Below, one piece after another: positions 25,192-37,752 of a stretch of DNA of 64,000 nucleotides. The notes below the pieces were generated by a model. The model saw only the letters and a program-made list of their open reading frames with translations. It was not told the origin of the DNA and ran no database searches. This stretch comes from Perkinsus olseni. Its lineage: Eukaryota. Numbering within the stretch: position 1 is the stretch's first letter; each line of letters starts with the position of its first letter. The stretch lies in NCBI GenBank assembly GCA_013115125.1, contig JABANN010000094.1, positions 1 through 64,000 on the forward strand, written 5' to 3'. The translations under genes and the position numbers were made by a program.

Positions 25192-26056
25192 GAATGAACG
25201 TTATTTGATTGCACGCGTGCAAACGAACAACGTGTTGTGTTAAGTTCTGCGAGTGGGGAAATCCCGAGTTCAACTTCTAAATTTCCGCTCGGCCGCTGAG
25301 CCTCAGCGAGCAGCTTATGGAGTCCACAAAAACATTGTGACAATGGGGACCCAACGCCAGTGCATTAAGGTCATCTCGTACGGTAAATACTTACAGCCAC
25401 TTCTGTCTTTGCCAATTCCACAACTCATGAGACTAGTGAGGGAATAACCTACAGTCCCTTTCTGTGGCCGAACTCTTTAATCATCCGCGTGTTCGGGTGT
25501 TAATCATCGGGTGTTTTCCTTCGACCCTTTCCGGACGAGAGGCCCCTTCTCACTGAGAAGACCCGGCTGGACCAGCCAGATGCATCGGACGTGGGTAGCG
25601 ATCACCTGATCTTGCACAGCCTTGTATCAAATCATGCGGTTCACATGAGAACGGAGAGGGCACATCCAAGGGCTTCAGCATCGAGTACCCATGACGAATC
25701 GTCGGCAAGAAGTCACTCGGCGCGAGTCGTGGACACTCCTTATGACCTGGGGTTGAACCCCTGCGGTTGTCACAATAACACGCGGCAGAATCTACCGTAT
25801 TACAGTTGAGAATCCCAACTTGAGATTTGATGATCATTGCATCCCAAATACTCGGCGAATAGATGAAATCATTAGGTATATTCCAACTACACTGTGATAT
25901 CGGTTCTGATCCGAGAAGAACCTCCCATTGAGCCCCCACTCAGCACAACACATGAAAATCCACAGTGCGTACTTGACACAATGGTCTCTGAAGAAACTCG
26001 AGGAAACCCGGAAAGTGCCTCGCATCAGCTTTTCCACAACTAGCCAAATCAGTCAG

Positions 26057-26711
26057 CTACGCGGCCGCAGTGGGAGCCTTCCTCAAGTGCTTGACCATAT
26101 CGTCTAGCTCACCCTGGGCATTCTTGCATCGCTTAGATACCATTTCCTCTGACTTCTTCAGCTGTGGTATAACACTGTCTGTCAAATGCTTCTCAGCCTT
26201 CGCCATATCGCTCGTGAGCTCGCTAGAATCGGAGAGGATGAAGCACTTCCCTACTGCGCGGTACGTATCTAAGGGCGACACCATCGAAGAATATCGAGTA
26301 CCAGATCCGAGTTATAGGCAATAATCAGGGAGTGTATGCACCGGGTCTAGGAGTGCTCTGATCTCGAGTCCAACCGCAACTCATTATTCGCGATAGAGCT
26401 GCGCAACAAGCACTTTGCTGTAGCCCTACGTAGTTGTGCGTCCTCCTTCAGCATCGTCTCGATTATCTCACGCGCATTCCCTGTCTTTGCTTTCTCGACT
26501 TCCGCCGAGTCGAGTTGCTGGCGGACTCCTGTATACTGGTCGTTCAGCTCCTGAGATCACAAGATCGCACGCTACAGTGAGTAGCAAGTAGCCCACTCGC
26601 CGAGGACGAGAAACCGAAAGACTGCGAATAGGCCGTTCATTATGTAGTGATGACCATGGTAATTGTGTCCCCATCAGGCTGTAATACCCTAACAAGCCGT
26701 TGCTGTTCCAT
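26057..26711 (-). CDS. Prefoldin beta subunit (PFDN1-like)
   Basis: Coiled coil ELNDQYTGVRQQLD; hairpin YRAVGKCFIL; second coil LKKSEEMVSKRCKNAQGELDDMVK. Confidence 0.75.
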
Positions 26712-28196
26712 TGCCTCCTCCGGTGAAACTTCATCACTTCTGCTATCGCCTCCGCCCACGAAAGAAATAGAAGAGCCGGACTGCTTCGAAGCCTTCCACT
26801 CCCGATATCTGCAATGAGGGATATAGCTGGCCTTCGGACTGTCCGACGGACAGCTTCGCACTATCCTACCTTTGCAACTGTGCTTCGGCATCCGCCAGCA
26901 TCTTCTCTAAATCTTTATTGCCAGGATTAGCACTAAGACCATCCCGAGCGAAATCGATAGCTTGCTGCCAAAGCTTCTCGGAAAGAGAGGCTTTAGCCCC
27001 ACGCCAATAGGCTAAAATAACGAACAGTCTACGCAGAAAATCTTCGCACCGCAAGTTGTTCGATCACTGCAAATAGCGCTCGCAACATCCAATAACTTAA
27101 GATACACCCCAGCGCAGAATTTCTCACTCAATTACGGAGCTCAGAAGTGAATTACCTCAGGCGATACTGCGGTGGTGACGCATTACACGAGGAGTTGTTA
27201 GGCGCATCCACTATCGTCAACAAGAGCACCCTCCATGATGCATCACATACACTCCCTGAACTACCTTTAACGTTATGTTTATCAGCCTTGACAGCTCTCC
27301 GACAGTCGTTGACCACCTTAGTCCATTCCTTTTTCCCCAAGTAAACTTGCGCTCGGTTACCGTACAAGGCAGACGCTAAATTGTCAGACTTGCTTGCTTC
27401 CGCCGCTTCAATGCCCTGAGCGCCGAAAACTTCCACGAGGAGCAATGTAATCGCATCAACGGTCGGGCACCACGCTGATGTGAACTGTCTCTATTTCGCC
27501 ATAATGACGGAAACGTACGGACTCTTATCGACCCACGCAACAAGGGATCTATTGCCCTCATCATGATATTATCATGCAGGAAATGAGATGCGGAGAGCAA
27601 GAAGAGTTCTATCGACGTCTGTTCGAATCGAAGAACCAACCTGCGTGTATAGAGCGAGGGCCCCATCGCGCTTTCCTTCCTTCAGTAACTCATTTCCCCT
27701 CTTCTTGAGCCGCTCGGCGTAGGTTGCGAGCTGAGAGAAGTACAATCAGTCGGCAGAGAACGATCCGTTCGAAAAAGTATTTGAAAAACTCGGCGATTTC
27801 GAATCACTCTACGAATCACTCATGAAACGCATCAATACCATTTGCCGGCCATTGAATGAATCAGATTTTCGCACATCCGCACTGAAATCCGTTCATGGTG
27901 AACGGTTCACCTAGAGTACATCAATTCTCCGTTGGATCTCAGAGCAACAAAGAGCCTTCGATACTAAGATACACTGATGTAGGGCACCACTTCGTTCGAC
28001 TCAAACGTTCATGCAGAGACCATAATTCAGTTTTACTATACTACCGACGCGATTACTGTGTCTCATTACCAACGATCCCATGGTGAGCTCCCCCCCAATA
28101 GTAATCCACTACCTCCTTTAGCTTTTCCTCAGTCGAAGTACTGTCCGTCTCCTTGGGCACCGGAGCAGCTGCAGGTTTCGAATCGGAGTCCGCCAT
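26640..28196 (-). CDS. TPR co-chaperone-like protein (TTC4/Cns1-type TPR triad); boundaries approximate
   Basis: AERLKKRGNELLKEG..ALALYT; ALYGNRAQVYL..VNDCRRAVKADKHNVK; AYWRGAKASL..GLSANPGNKDL. Confidence 0.75.
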
Positions 28197-28726
28197 AATG
28201 TGAAAAAAGGACGAAACTGCGCGATTAACGATCCAATAGGCGTAGAAACCTCTGCCCCGTCTGCTAATACTCGTATCACTAGTAGGGATTCACTACAGCA
28301 ACAGCATTGGGCACAAAATGTGGCCTTCATCTTTGAACGCCACCGACCTGAGTTAGGTCACCTAACATGCTGACGGACCAACGAGCTCTACTGATTAGAC
28401 CAAGATAATGAAAGCGAGATACGAATAACCCAACCCTAAAATTAATTCGAAAGACGCCACACGGAAAAATATGGTCATGCGGCACGATTCATGGCTAAAT
28501 TAAGAGCAGCGGTCGAGCCGCTCGAACTGGAAAATCTTGTTTTCTTGCGCTGACTCAGACCACTCAACGACCGCTGTGTCCGCGAGTCGTGCAAGGTTGA
28601 CGTAACCGTGATACCAGGGTTGAGCGAGAACTGAGCTTCTCAGGCTGATTCGGGGGTGATCAATTGCCACGTAACTTCCATTAGGAGTCGTATGTGATCA
28701 TTATAGTTGAAAGTTGAACCTCGAAA

Positions 28727-29535
28727 ATGTCTCCGCAGATCATCTTCGCGATACTCTTCGGTGCGATCGGCCAAGTCCTCGGTCAGGGAACGTTGTTCTC
28801 CAGAGAACAGATTGAAAATATGAACCTGGAAAAGAACGTGGCCGATTTAGAAGAGGCCAGCACCGAAGAGAAGCTGCTGGACGCCATCGGGAGCATCCCC
28901 ACCGAAATTCCGCTGGGGGCTCTCGAGAACGGCGAAGACGAAGAAGAAGGGTAAGGCGCTGATCCATCTGCACAGCTGCATGTTTCATCTTCTTCAGGGC
29001 AACGAGCGAAGGATTAGACGTCGGCCAGAACCCGGTCAGGACTACAGATTATTCTGGAGTACTGGCTGGGCTTGTGGTCGTATCCGCCGCGATACTCGTC
29101 GTGCTCCTCCTGCAGCTCCTCCTGATGGTGTGGATGGTGAAAACGACGTGGCTCTGGGGCGAAAGGTGAGAGAAACTAAATCAGAGATTGGGACGGTCTA
29201 GTCCATAGCTCACGCATCATTCCTTCAGGTCTCATAGTCCTGACGAGCCTAAGGAGATGGCTGACCGCGTGTGATTGTCGAGGACTCGGCCATTGTACCA
29301 TTCTCTCATGCATGAGAGCTGCTTTTTGGTGTATCCCAATAACGCACTGAGTATGAGTACACTCAATATCGAACCGCGACAGCACTACTGGCAAAAGAAC
29401 ACTTCGTTCAGGAGTCTTGTGGATTTTCCCGCCGTGACGAAGAAGCTTCGAGCTCGCCAGCCAGTCGGAGACCCCTTCCCCGCACACTACCCAATCATGG
29501 ACATGACTCCATCCACGGTGGATGAAAATGAATGA
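28727..29535 (+). CDS. Hypothetical type I membrane protein
   Basis: Signal peptide MSPQIIFAILFGAIGQVLG, acidic ectodomain, TM segment GVLAGLVVVSAAILVVLLLQLLLMVWMV. Confidence 0.6.
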
Positions 29536-29676
29536 TCCACCAGTGTTGAAAAGCCGGGAAATGTGGCTGTTATATAATCGTTTTCACCAGCGATTATGCC
29601 AAGCGGAGATTATCGCTCGCCTGTAATCGTTCCAATGTTTTCAAGTTTCTCGAGCTCATCACAGATTAAATCACGA

Positions 29677-31243
29677 ATGCCCAATTATTCATCAAAACCC
29701 CAGCATTTGGGGAGAGTCGATATCACGCACAAGGTCGCTGCTCGTGAGGATGATAAGCAACACGTAAAACCACAGCGACAGTCGGCCGCATGCGTCCAGG
29801 CAAGAGGCCAGGATCATGATGCTCTTCGGAAGGTACTCGTAGAAGGCCCCAACGCTGGTGGACGAGCTGGGGTAGCTCATCGCGGCCACTTCCGTATGGG
29901 GACCTTTGAGAGCGGACCCGAGTGCTTCACAAAAGTGAGTTCACCGGGGGCATCTTAGTGCGCACATCAGCCCGTTGTTGTTTCAGAATCACATATGGCG
30001 ATCGAAGAGAGCTGGAAGTGCTCTGGAGTTCCTTGGGCCATTCATCCAATGCCGCATGCTCGTCGAAGGAGAAGTCCTAGTCCTCGACTCGAGGCACTAC
30101 TACGTCGTTAATCGTGGCAGACTGAAAATCCCTGCCCATGGCGGCGAGGTATCCACCATCCTAACTACTGGTAAGCAAAGCAACTGCCCCTCGATTCGTA
30201 TTGCAGTCCTCCGTAGGGGGGTCATTTGGCGAGGCCGGTCTCCTGGGCCCACCTCCCGAGTCGGAGAAACAGAATTCGTCAAGTGCCCGAGAGATCCTCA
30301 CGTTAGCACGGAGATCCCACATCCACCAATCGCTCACTGTGAGCTCGCATTATTCGTTGGCTCGATCGTCGCTCGATTCGCCCTTCATTTCTTCTATCAC
30401 TTGTTCGTAGCGCGAGTGAGTGCCTCCCCGCCTGGTGGGGCATTCTCTTCTCGGCAGATACCTAGTCACCGTCGATCTCCACCCAGCACTGCCGTACAGT
30501 TGGAGGAGGCCCGGGCTATGGAGTGGTGTGATGTTCGATTCGTCGAGCTGAGTATATGCCGTGACGTCCTGCGGGTTCACTCGCGGTTCAGAGACGACTT
30601 GAGGGAGTTGTTGGAGCATCCGACACGCGAAGTCCCTCCCCCTTTTGATGACGGCATCAATAGTAAGAAGCAGTCGAAGAAGCCGGCTAGGCAACCTTGG
30701 GGCTATGGGCTGCCTGCCAAGCGTGGCTCAGTCGTGCAGCAGCCCTCGAAATGGTCCATCAGAAGGCCTCAGTCATCGATGAGCGAAGAGATCAAAGCTT
30801 GGGCCGCCGATGAGAGTTTGAAGCAGCGGAAAGCAGCGGCTATGAGACTTGGAAACCACTCCCCAGGTGGAGGCCTATGGTCTGGTAGAGAGTGTCTCCG
30901 ACAGGCCATGCACACGTACCGCAGCCTCAGCACAAAGCGACCCCCTCCTAGGCCCACGAGCTCGGGGAGTGGGAAGAGCCATCGTGATGGTGGTACTCCT
31001 GTCGATGTCTTCGACCGCTTAGTCAATCGCTTTGATCGTCGACCAGCATCCTCAGACCGACGCTGTGAGACGACGAAGACCAACCCCGAGTGCCACCCCG
31101 GACGTCGGCAGGAGAAGCGAGCTATGCAGACGCCTCGGGACTCTACCATCGCTGTGTGCGTCCTGAGAACCCTCTATGGTAGAGTGAGCAAGAGGGCTAT
31201 CGCTGATGGTGTTATCGAGGGGGTGAGGACGGCATGGGTGTGA
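29677..31243 (+). CDS. Cyclic-nucleotide-binding-domain protein (start approximate)
   Basis: YYVVNRGRLKI..GGSFGEAGLLG..ARAMEWCDV cNMP-like pattern followed by a long low-complexity tail. Confidence 0.55.
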
Positions 31244-31580
31244 GCGCATGCGAAGGTGATATACCGCACCTTTGACAACTCTGAATCGCCCGTGCATGGA
31301 CCGCATGAACTTGGAAGGGACGCTGCCTGGCCAACATCCTGGATGGAGCCCGATATTGCTTGGCCCTTGCTCCCTTGGACAAGTCCCATACCCGTTCCTC
31401 ATCACCTGCGTCCCGGCAAGCAGTGAACCATTACTGAGCATGTAAGCTGTTACCAGTCTTTATTGGTGTCGAGTTCGCTTCGCGATTGATGAACTTGATT
31501 CAGTCATCGTCACTTTCGAAGTCCTACCTTCTCGGCGATATCTGCTCTCTCACCAGCTTTCATACAGTAGCCTTTTATCA

Positions 31581-33415
31581 ATGGAATTTGAATTCAAATC
31601 GGCCGTCCAAAAACGACAAGCCGAGCAGCGGAAGCTAGCAGCTCAGTTTCGGAAACGGCAGGAGCATGCACAGAAGATACGCGAAGAGGTGAGTGGGCGA
31701 AGCGGCATGTCTGCGGTATGCCATGTGTTCACTCAGGCAGCTGCGAAGACAGAGGAGATGCTACAGGCGAACAGTCAGCGGAAGATACAAGCCCACATGG
31801 TGGAGGTTCGCGACCAAGGCGCCCCTGATGGTGGGGTCACTTTCGAAGAGGTGCTGCAGTGGCTGCCGAACGACACACTCAAGGGAGATCGAGTGGATTT
31901 GCCGCAAGAGGTGAGCGAAGACGGCTAGACTGTCTATGGAATCGACCGTTTTTGAAGGTGCTGGAGAAACTGCAAACCTTCGGCGACAAGGTCAAGTTCC
32001 CTCTCATGTTTGAGATTTACAACCAGTCCAAAGATACTCGACTGCACTGTGGAGTGCGGGAGTTCTCGGCTCCTGCAGGCCAGGTTCTCGTCGGCTCCCA
32101 ACTGGTGTGTGGTCTCGGCCTGAAGTCCGGTGAAACGATACGGATTCGGTACAAGGCTCTGCCGTTGTGCACCTCAGTGAAGTTGGTGGCGTCTGGTTCA
32201 ACGTTGGGTGACTATCGAGACTTCAGGAGCGTTCTGGAAAGGTTCCTATCGGCCAACTTTTGTACGCTCAGTCTTGGACAGATTTTCGAAGTCGGAGGGG
32301 TCAAAGTGCAGGTGGCCGGGATTGAACCCGCGCCTGCTGTATGTGTGGTGAATGCTGATATCGATCTCGACTTGACGACCAGTATTGAGGCGGCTGATGG
32401 CGTTGGTTCCGTCGAGCTCGACGGCCCGACCGTTGAGGTGACCACAAGCGGTGAGGAGGCGGCTCAATACAGAGTCGTCCTCTCTGACGAGGCGCGCAGC
32501 AGGCTAGGGAACGATGAGAAACTGGTGGTCTCGGCAACGAGTGGTGAGATCTTCGTCGGCACTTACCCTCTGACTGAAGCGACACCGGTGTCTTATATGT
32601 GGGCATCGGGGGCGAGCTCGGAGTCTGTCGTGTCGCTCACCCTCAAGGACATCGACAGCTGCTTGCGTCAGTACGACCTCTCTGGGAGCGATAGTGCTAT
32701 CAGCGAGTGGCCAGAGGTCATCTACATTGGTGTGTCGAACCCTGAAGGCTCCTGCGAGCTCTCTGTTCGGTCGGCTGAGATTTCGGCGACGCAGGAGGAT
32801 GAAGAGGTCCCGTCGGAAGATGGCGAGGAGTGGACGACGTGCTCGAACTGTCACCACCGCGTCCCCAAGGCGTCCCTCTCTCTGCACGAGCTGCGCTGCA
32901 AGCGTCTGTACGTCCAGTGTCCCGAGTGCGACCAACCGATCCGGCGGGACCGGTGGCCACGGCATGTGCACTGCCCAGTATGCAAGTTGCCTTGCGACAA
33001 GGAGAAACTGCCCGACCATCAACGCGCCTGTCACACCCCTATTGAGTGCCCAGACTGTGGCCAGCAGATCCCCGAGGGCCGCTTCGGACTGCTGCCACAT
33101 CGACGAGACTCCTGCCCGCAGCGACCGCATTTATGCCGCTTTTGTAAGCTGTATGTGCCGATAGAAGGAACGACTCCCGAGGATGCTCGAGACCGGTTAA
33201 TGGGTTTGTCCGTCCACGAGGCCCGTTGTGGCAACCGAACCGATGCATGCCCGGAGTGTGGCCGATTGGTTCGCCTGAAGGACATGGACTTGCACATGAA
33301 GGCCGTCCATGAACAGTCCGAGGGTCGCGTCCTTGAGCCGTGCCCGATCTGTGGCCGACGAGACTTCACTAGCCTCGGTGATCTCACCGCACATGTTTCC
33401 CACTGCGTAGAATAG
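31581..33415 (+). CDS. UFD1-like domain protein with C-terminal TRAF/C2H2-like zinc fingers
   Basis: GDRVDLPQ..FPLMFEI..HCGVREFSA; LERFLSANFCTLSLG; repeated CxxC..H..C motifs (HELRC, HEARCGNRTDACPECG). Confidence 0.85.
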
Positions 33416-34039
33416 AAGATACCATTTTACCGTCATACACTTATTGTTACATCTTTGCATTGTGATGAGAGTTCCTCTAATACGACGTCCTCGAGTTAGT
33501 TGTCAATTCACCCGGTAATGCTCCTACTACGTGGCCTCTTGTCTCCCCTCACAAGACGCTCGGTCGCTGGCGTGACAGTTCGACGAATGGTGATCGCGAT
33601 CCGGGAGCAACTGGTGCCTTCCCTATTATCCACACTCGTAGTATCTCACGTACTAGTGTTGTTATTGAGTACAATGACAGGATACTTCCAGTGTATGGCT
33701 GATGATTCAGCATTCGCAATTACAGTTTTGGTATTCCCTAGAAGTGGTCGCCACCCCAGTCGCGGTCGGGTGGTGTAAGCACGTCGCCCGTGCAAACATG
33801 AAACGGTCAATCATCGGTGCGGCATCACTTGTGCTGTGGAGGTCACCGTATCCCCCGATGCTTGCTGTGGGCTTAGCCGTGGACTTAAGTAACTACGCCC
33901 CTCCACGAATTCTTAGCATGATGGGTGTGAACCTCGAACACGTTCATGTTCATCAAATTGTGGAGGGGTTTATCCCCCACTAGACTTGACGAGCAGCATC
34001 CCACCACAGGGTTTGTACTTTTCCTCCCTTCTGCTTGCC

Positions 34040-35422
34040 ATGTACAACCCCACACCAGCCGTGTTCGACCCCCACCATACTCTGGTGGTAGACGAGAACT
34101 CCAGATCATCAACGGCCTCATATGCATCGTAGGCTGAGCGAAGGACTCCCGTTTCTTGGTCGCCGAGTTTATCATTCTTAACCGCTTCTTACAGGTCTAC
34201 CAGCACCGACAGCGGCGTCAATGGCTTTGAAGGGTGGCAAAAGGCTGGTGTCACCGAGTACAACAACACGTAGGCAGCACCCAGGAAAGATGCTCAGGAG
34301 TCCGCTGCCCCAATGGCAGGTCCTGGGGTCGTCGAGGAACCAATTTTTCCGACTCGACCTTCGTTGGTTCAACAGCAAGCAGCGAAGAAAATACCACGCT
34401 CACCGGCGATGAAGACTCTTCCATTGTGAGTGCATTCGCTGGCACTTGCAAGGAGGATACGCTCATCATTTTTGACTGGGACGACACCATCCTCCCCACT
34501 CGCTTCCTCACCGTTGAATGTGTAAGACTCATCACCTACTGTGTCTGAACATGGGTCTCTCCTTTCCCTCTAGGGCTTGAGAGTCGACGGCCCCGGCCCA
34601 AGTCCTGAGCTCCGGAAGACGCTAGACGCCTACGCACAGCTGGCCAATGCCACCCTACTCACCGCCATGGAGCTAGGCAACGCTGGGCGGTATGACTTTC
34701 GCTTGCTTTTGATGGTCTCGGCAAAGGTACCGTTATTATAATTACTAACGCTGAGACGGGTTGGTTGCCATTGACTTGTGCCAAGTTCTTGCCATCTCTA
34801 TTGTCTACCGTCAACTCGATATATCACACCTCAGCCAGGAGTACCTACGAGCCGCAGGTGAGCAGCAGCGGCGCCATGCAGCAACCCTCCATTGGACGTG
34901 ATGGTTGCTCATCAGGGATTCGCCTCAGCCTTCGACTGGAAGGACCAAGCTTTCCGTCACTCCATCGCTTCACACTTTTCTGAGGTCCCCTTCATCCCTG
35001 GGTGAGGTCTGAATCCTGTATTCAACGCTCACGCTCGGCACACCTTCAGGCGTCGAAGATGCGTAATATCACTCGGTGATTCCGCCCATGAGCGGATGGC
35101 TGCGATATATGCCTGCCGTGAGTTCAACGAACAGTCTATGATTGATTCATCCTCACCGGCCGGGCTGCTCTGCAAGAGTCTCAAATTCATGGAGCGTCCG
35201 GATCTGGAACATCTACGAAAGGTACTACCAATGCTTCGGGCCTGCCCATCCTCCACTGTTGCCGATCAGGAACAGTATCTCATACAAGATTGTTTAGCCC
35301 AGATTGTTCGGTACGACCAAGACCTCGACTTGTGCATTCAGCCGCAGCACTGCGTTGCCCGTGACCAGCCACAAGCCGACGTGCTCAGCCAACAGAGCAT
35401 GGCGGCAGCCCACGGTGGCTGA
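34040..35422 (+). CDS. HAD-superfamily phosphatase-like protein (HADO-like), copy 1
   Basis: IIFDWDDTILPT (DxD motif I), IITNAETGW, ISLGDSAHER, KSLKFMERP. Confidence 0.85.
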
Positions 35423-35712
35423 CCCTCTCGTACACTAAGAATAATCCTGCTGTAGTATTCCGCTGAGTAATTCAGAATAGTCGACTACTAGGGTATTTGC
35501 TCGTTGCCGTATACCGGCACCAAAGGCCCTTTAGTAGCTGAACGAAGCGTCGTGTGATTTATCATTCTCCAAATGCTGCCTCCCATGCACCGTGAATTCC
35601 AAATTGCGTCTGCCCGGCTCAGGTCGAGTGCGATCTTTCGACCTCGTGTGTCGTTGAGTTCGAGTGTGGATCAATCTTCCAGCCAGTCTCTGATACTGTC
35701 GTCCGTCGTCCA

Positions 35713-35805
35713 ATGCCCTCTGGTGGAGTTACTGATGTCATCTCTCGCGATAGAGCCTGCAGCAGTGCTCCCGTGCCAGCCGACTCGTCAGTAGACTTGG
35801 CACGC

Positions 35806-35842
<37 letters not shown>

Positions 35843-37160
35843 TACAGCGCGAGGAACAGCGGAAAAGAGAACTGGATGCGAGGTGGTGATGCTGCGCTCG
35901 GCCTCGCCTCAGAGGATTGCTGCTCGTTTTCGGACAGTCGCTGCCTCTCGCAGGTTGACCAACAATGTTACTGAGGGCGGCCTTTCGCGTAGCGTTGAAG
36001 CTAAACAAGCACGGAGTGTCGTGGAAGAGGAGAAAGAGTGGGCGTTGATGACTGAGACGAACCCTGAAACGCTGCGTCAGATCGCGCGGCAGAAGAAATA
36101 TCAGCGCTGTGGACTCGACCTTCACCGGTTCGACGGCGAGCTGTGACAGCGACGAGGATCTTTCCATTGTGAGTGCATTCGCTGGCACTTGCAAGGAGGA
36201 TACGCTCATCATTTTTGACTGGGACGACACTATCCTCCCCACTCGCTTCCTCACCGTTGAATGTGTAAGCCCGGTGCTCATCATTGTATAGTGAAGAGAC
36301 TTTTCATTCGGGGCTCAGGGCCTCAGGGTTGACGGCCCGGACCCTGACAGCGATCTGCGGAAGATACTCGATGCTTATGCTCAGCTCGCTAATGCCACAT
36401 TGTTGGCCGCTATGGAATTGGGTAGTAGACGACAGAAGCGATCTTCGAGCGAGCGTGTGGGCCTCCTGCCAGGTACGGTCATAATCGTCACGAATGCCGA
36501 GACTGGCTGGCTGCCTCTCACGTGCGCCAAGTTCCTTCCATCGATGCTGCCAACTGTCAACATGATTTATCACACCTCAGCTCGAAGCACCTTCGAGCCA
36601 CGGGTGATACGCGGGGTTCGCCGCCGACGGTGATCACGAGTGTTCTCCTCCTCAGGGGTTCGTGTCAGCTTTCGAATGGAAAGAACAAGCCTTCCGCCAC
36701 GCCATAGCCTCTCATTTTGCGGACGTGCCATCAATCCCTGAGTAAAACGGATTGACTGCTGCTGTTGAAGTCCTTATGGCTTCCCTTCAGGCGTCGAAGA
36801 TGCGTAATATCACTCGGTGACTCCGCCCATGAGCGGATGGCTGCGATATATGCCTGCCGTGAGTTCAACGAACAGTCCATAATTGATTCATCCTCACCGG
36901 CCGGGCTGCTCTGCAAGAGTCTTAAATTCATGGAGCGCCCGGATCTGGAACATCTACGAAAGGTACTACTAATGCTCCGGGCCTGCCCATCCGCTACTGT
37001 TGCTCATCAGGAACAGTATCTCATACAAGATTGTTTAGCCCAAGTGGTTCGCTATGACCAAGACCTCGACCTGTGCATTCAACCCCAGCAATGTCTGGCC
37101 AAGGACGACATTCGCGGCAATCAAAGCAGCCGAATGCAGCAGCAACAACAACAGTATTAA
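35713..37160 (+). CDS. HAD-superfamily phosphatase-like protein (HADO-like), copy 2, with polyQ
   Basis: Same motifs as copy 1; different N-terminus containing Q12. Confidence 0.85.
35806..35841 (+). repeat. CAA(CAG)11 microsatellite encoding polyQ
   Basis: Read directly from the sequence. Confidence 0.95.
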
Positions 37161-37752
37161 TTCATTTATAGTAGCTCCATGCAAAGAACCATCGCCATCC
37201 ACGATGCTATTGAGTACGATAATGATCAGAGTATACTGCCTCGCGTACGAGCTCCTCACTGCCCCAGTCCCACTGCTCTTGTATATTTGCTACTATAAAA
37301 GCGCGCCATGGTAAATGCATGGGTAGTGACAGCAGAAGCGTCTTGAGTTTTGTTTCTAGTGAGCATCATTGCTCATGCATGGAGTACCACTCCAATCGCT
37401 TCTTATCCAAGTGCTAATGGTTTCGATACATTTTGTGTCTCGACTGTTCAACTCCGGCGCACACGATTGTTGGTCATACGCTTACCAACGGAGCCTCTCT
37501 GCATCTGCCCGTCGTCAGCTGATTCGCGAAGCACAACGACGCGACAACCACCCCGCTCAATAAACTGATTCTGAAACTCACATTCGATTCTACAATTGAT
37601 TTTTACGCGTAAAATGCTCACAATCAATAGCTTCAAAATTGCTTTATTGAGCACCCCCAACAACTCTCTTAGAATTCCATCGTACATAGCGTAGCCCGAC
37701 TATCAACGCATAACTCGGACATCACCGAAAAAGACAGTCAGATGTTCGGAAA

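Noticed and set aside
25550-26037. 129-aa and 67-aa minus-strand ORFs
   Set aside because: No recognisable family; coding status unsupported.
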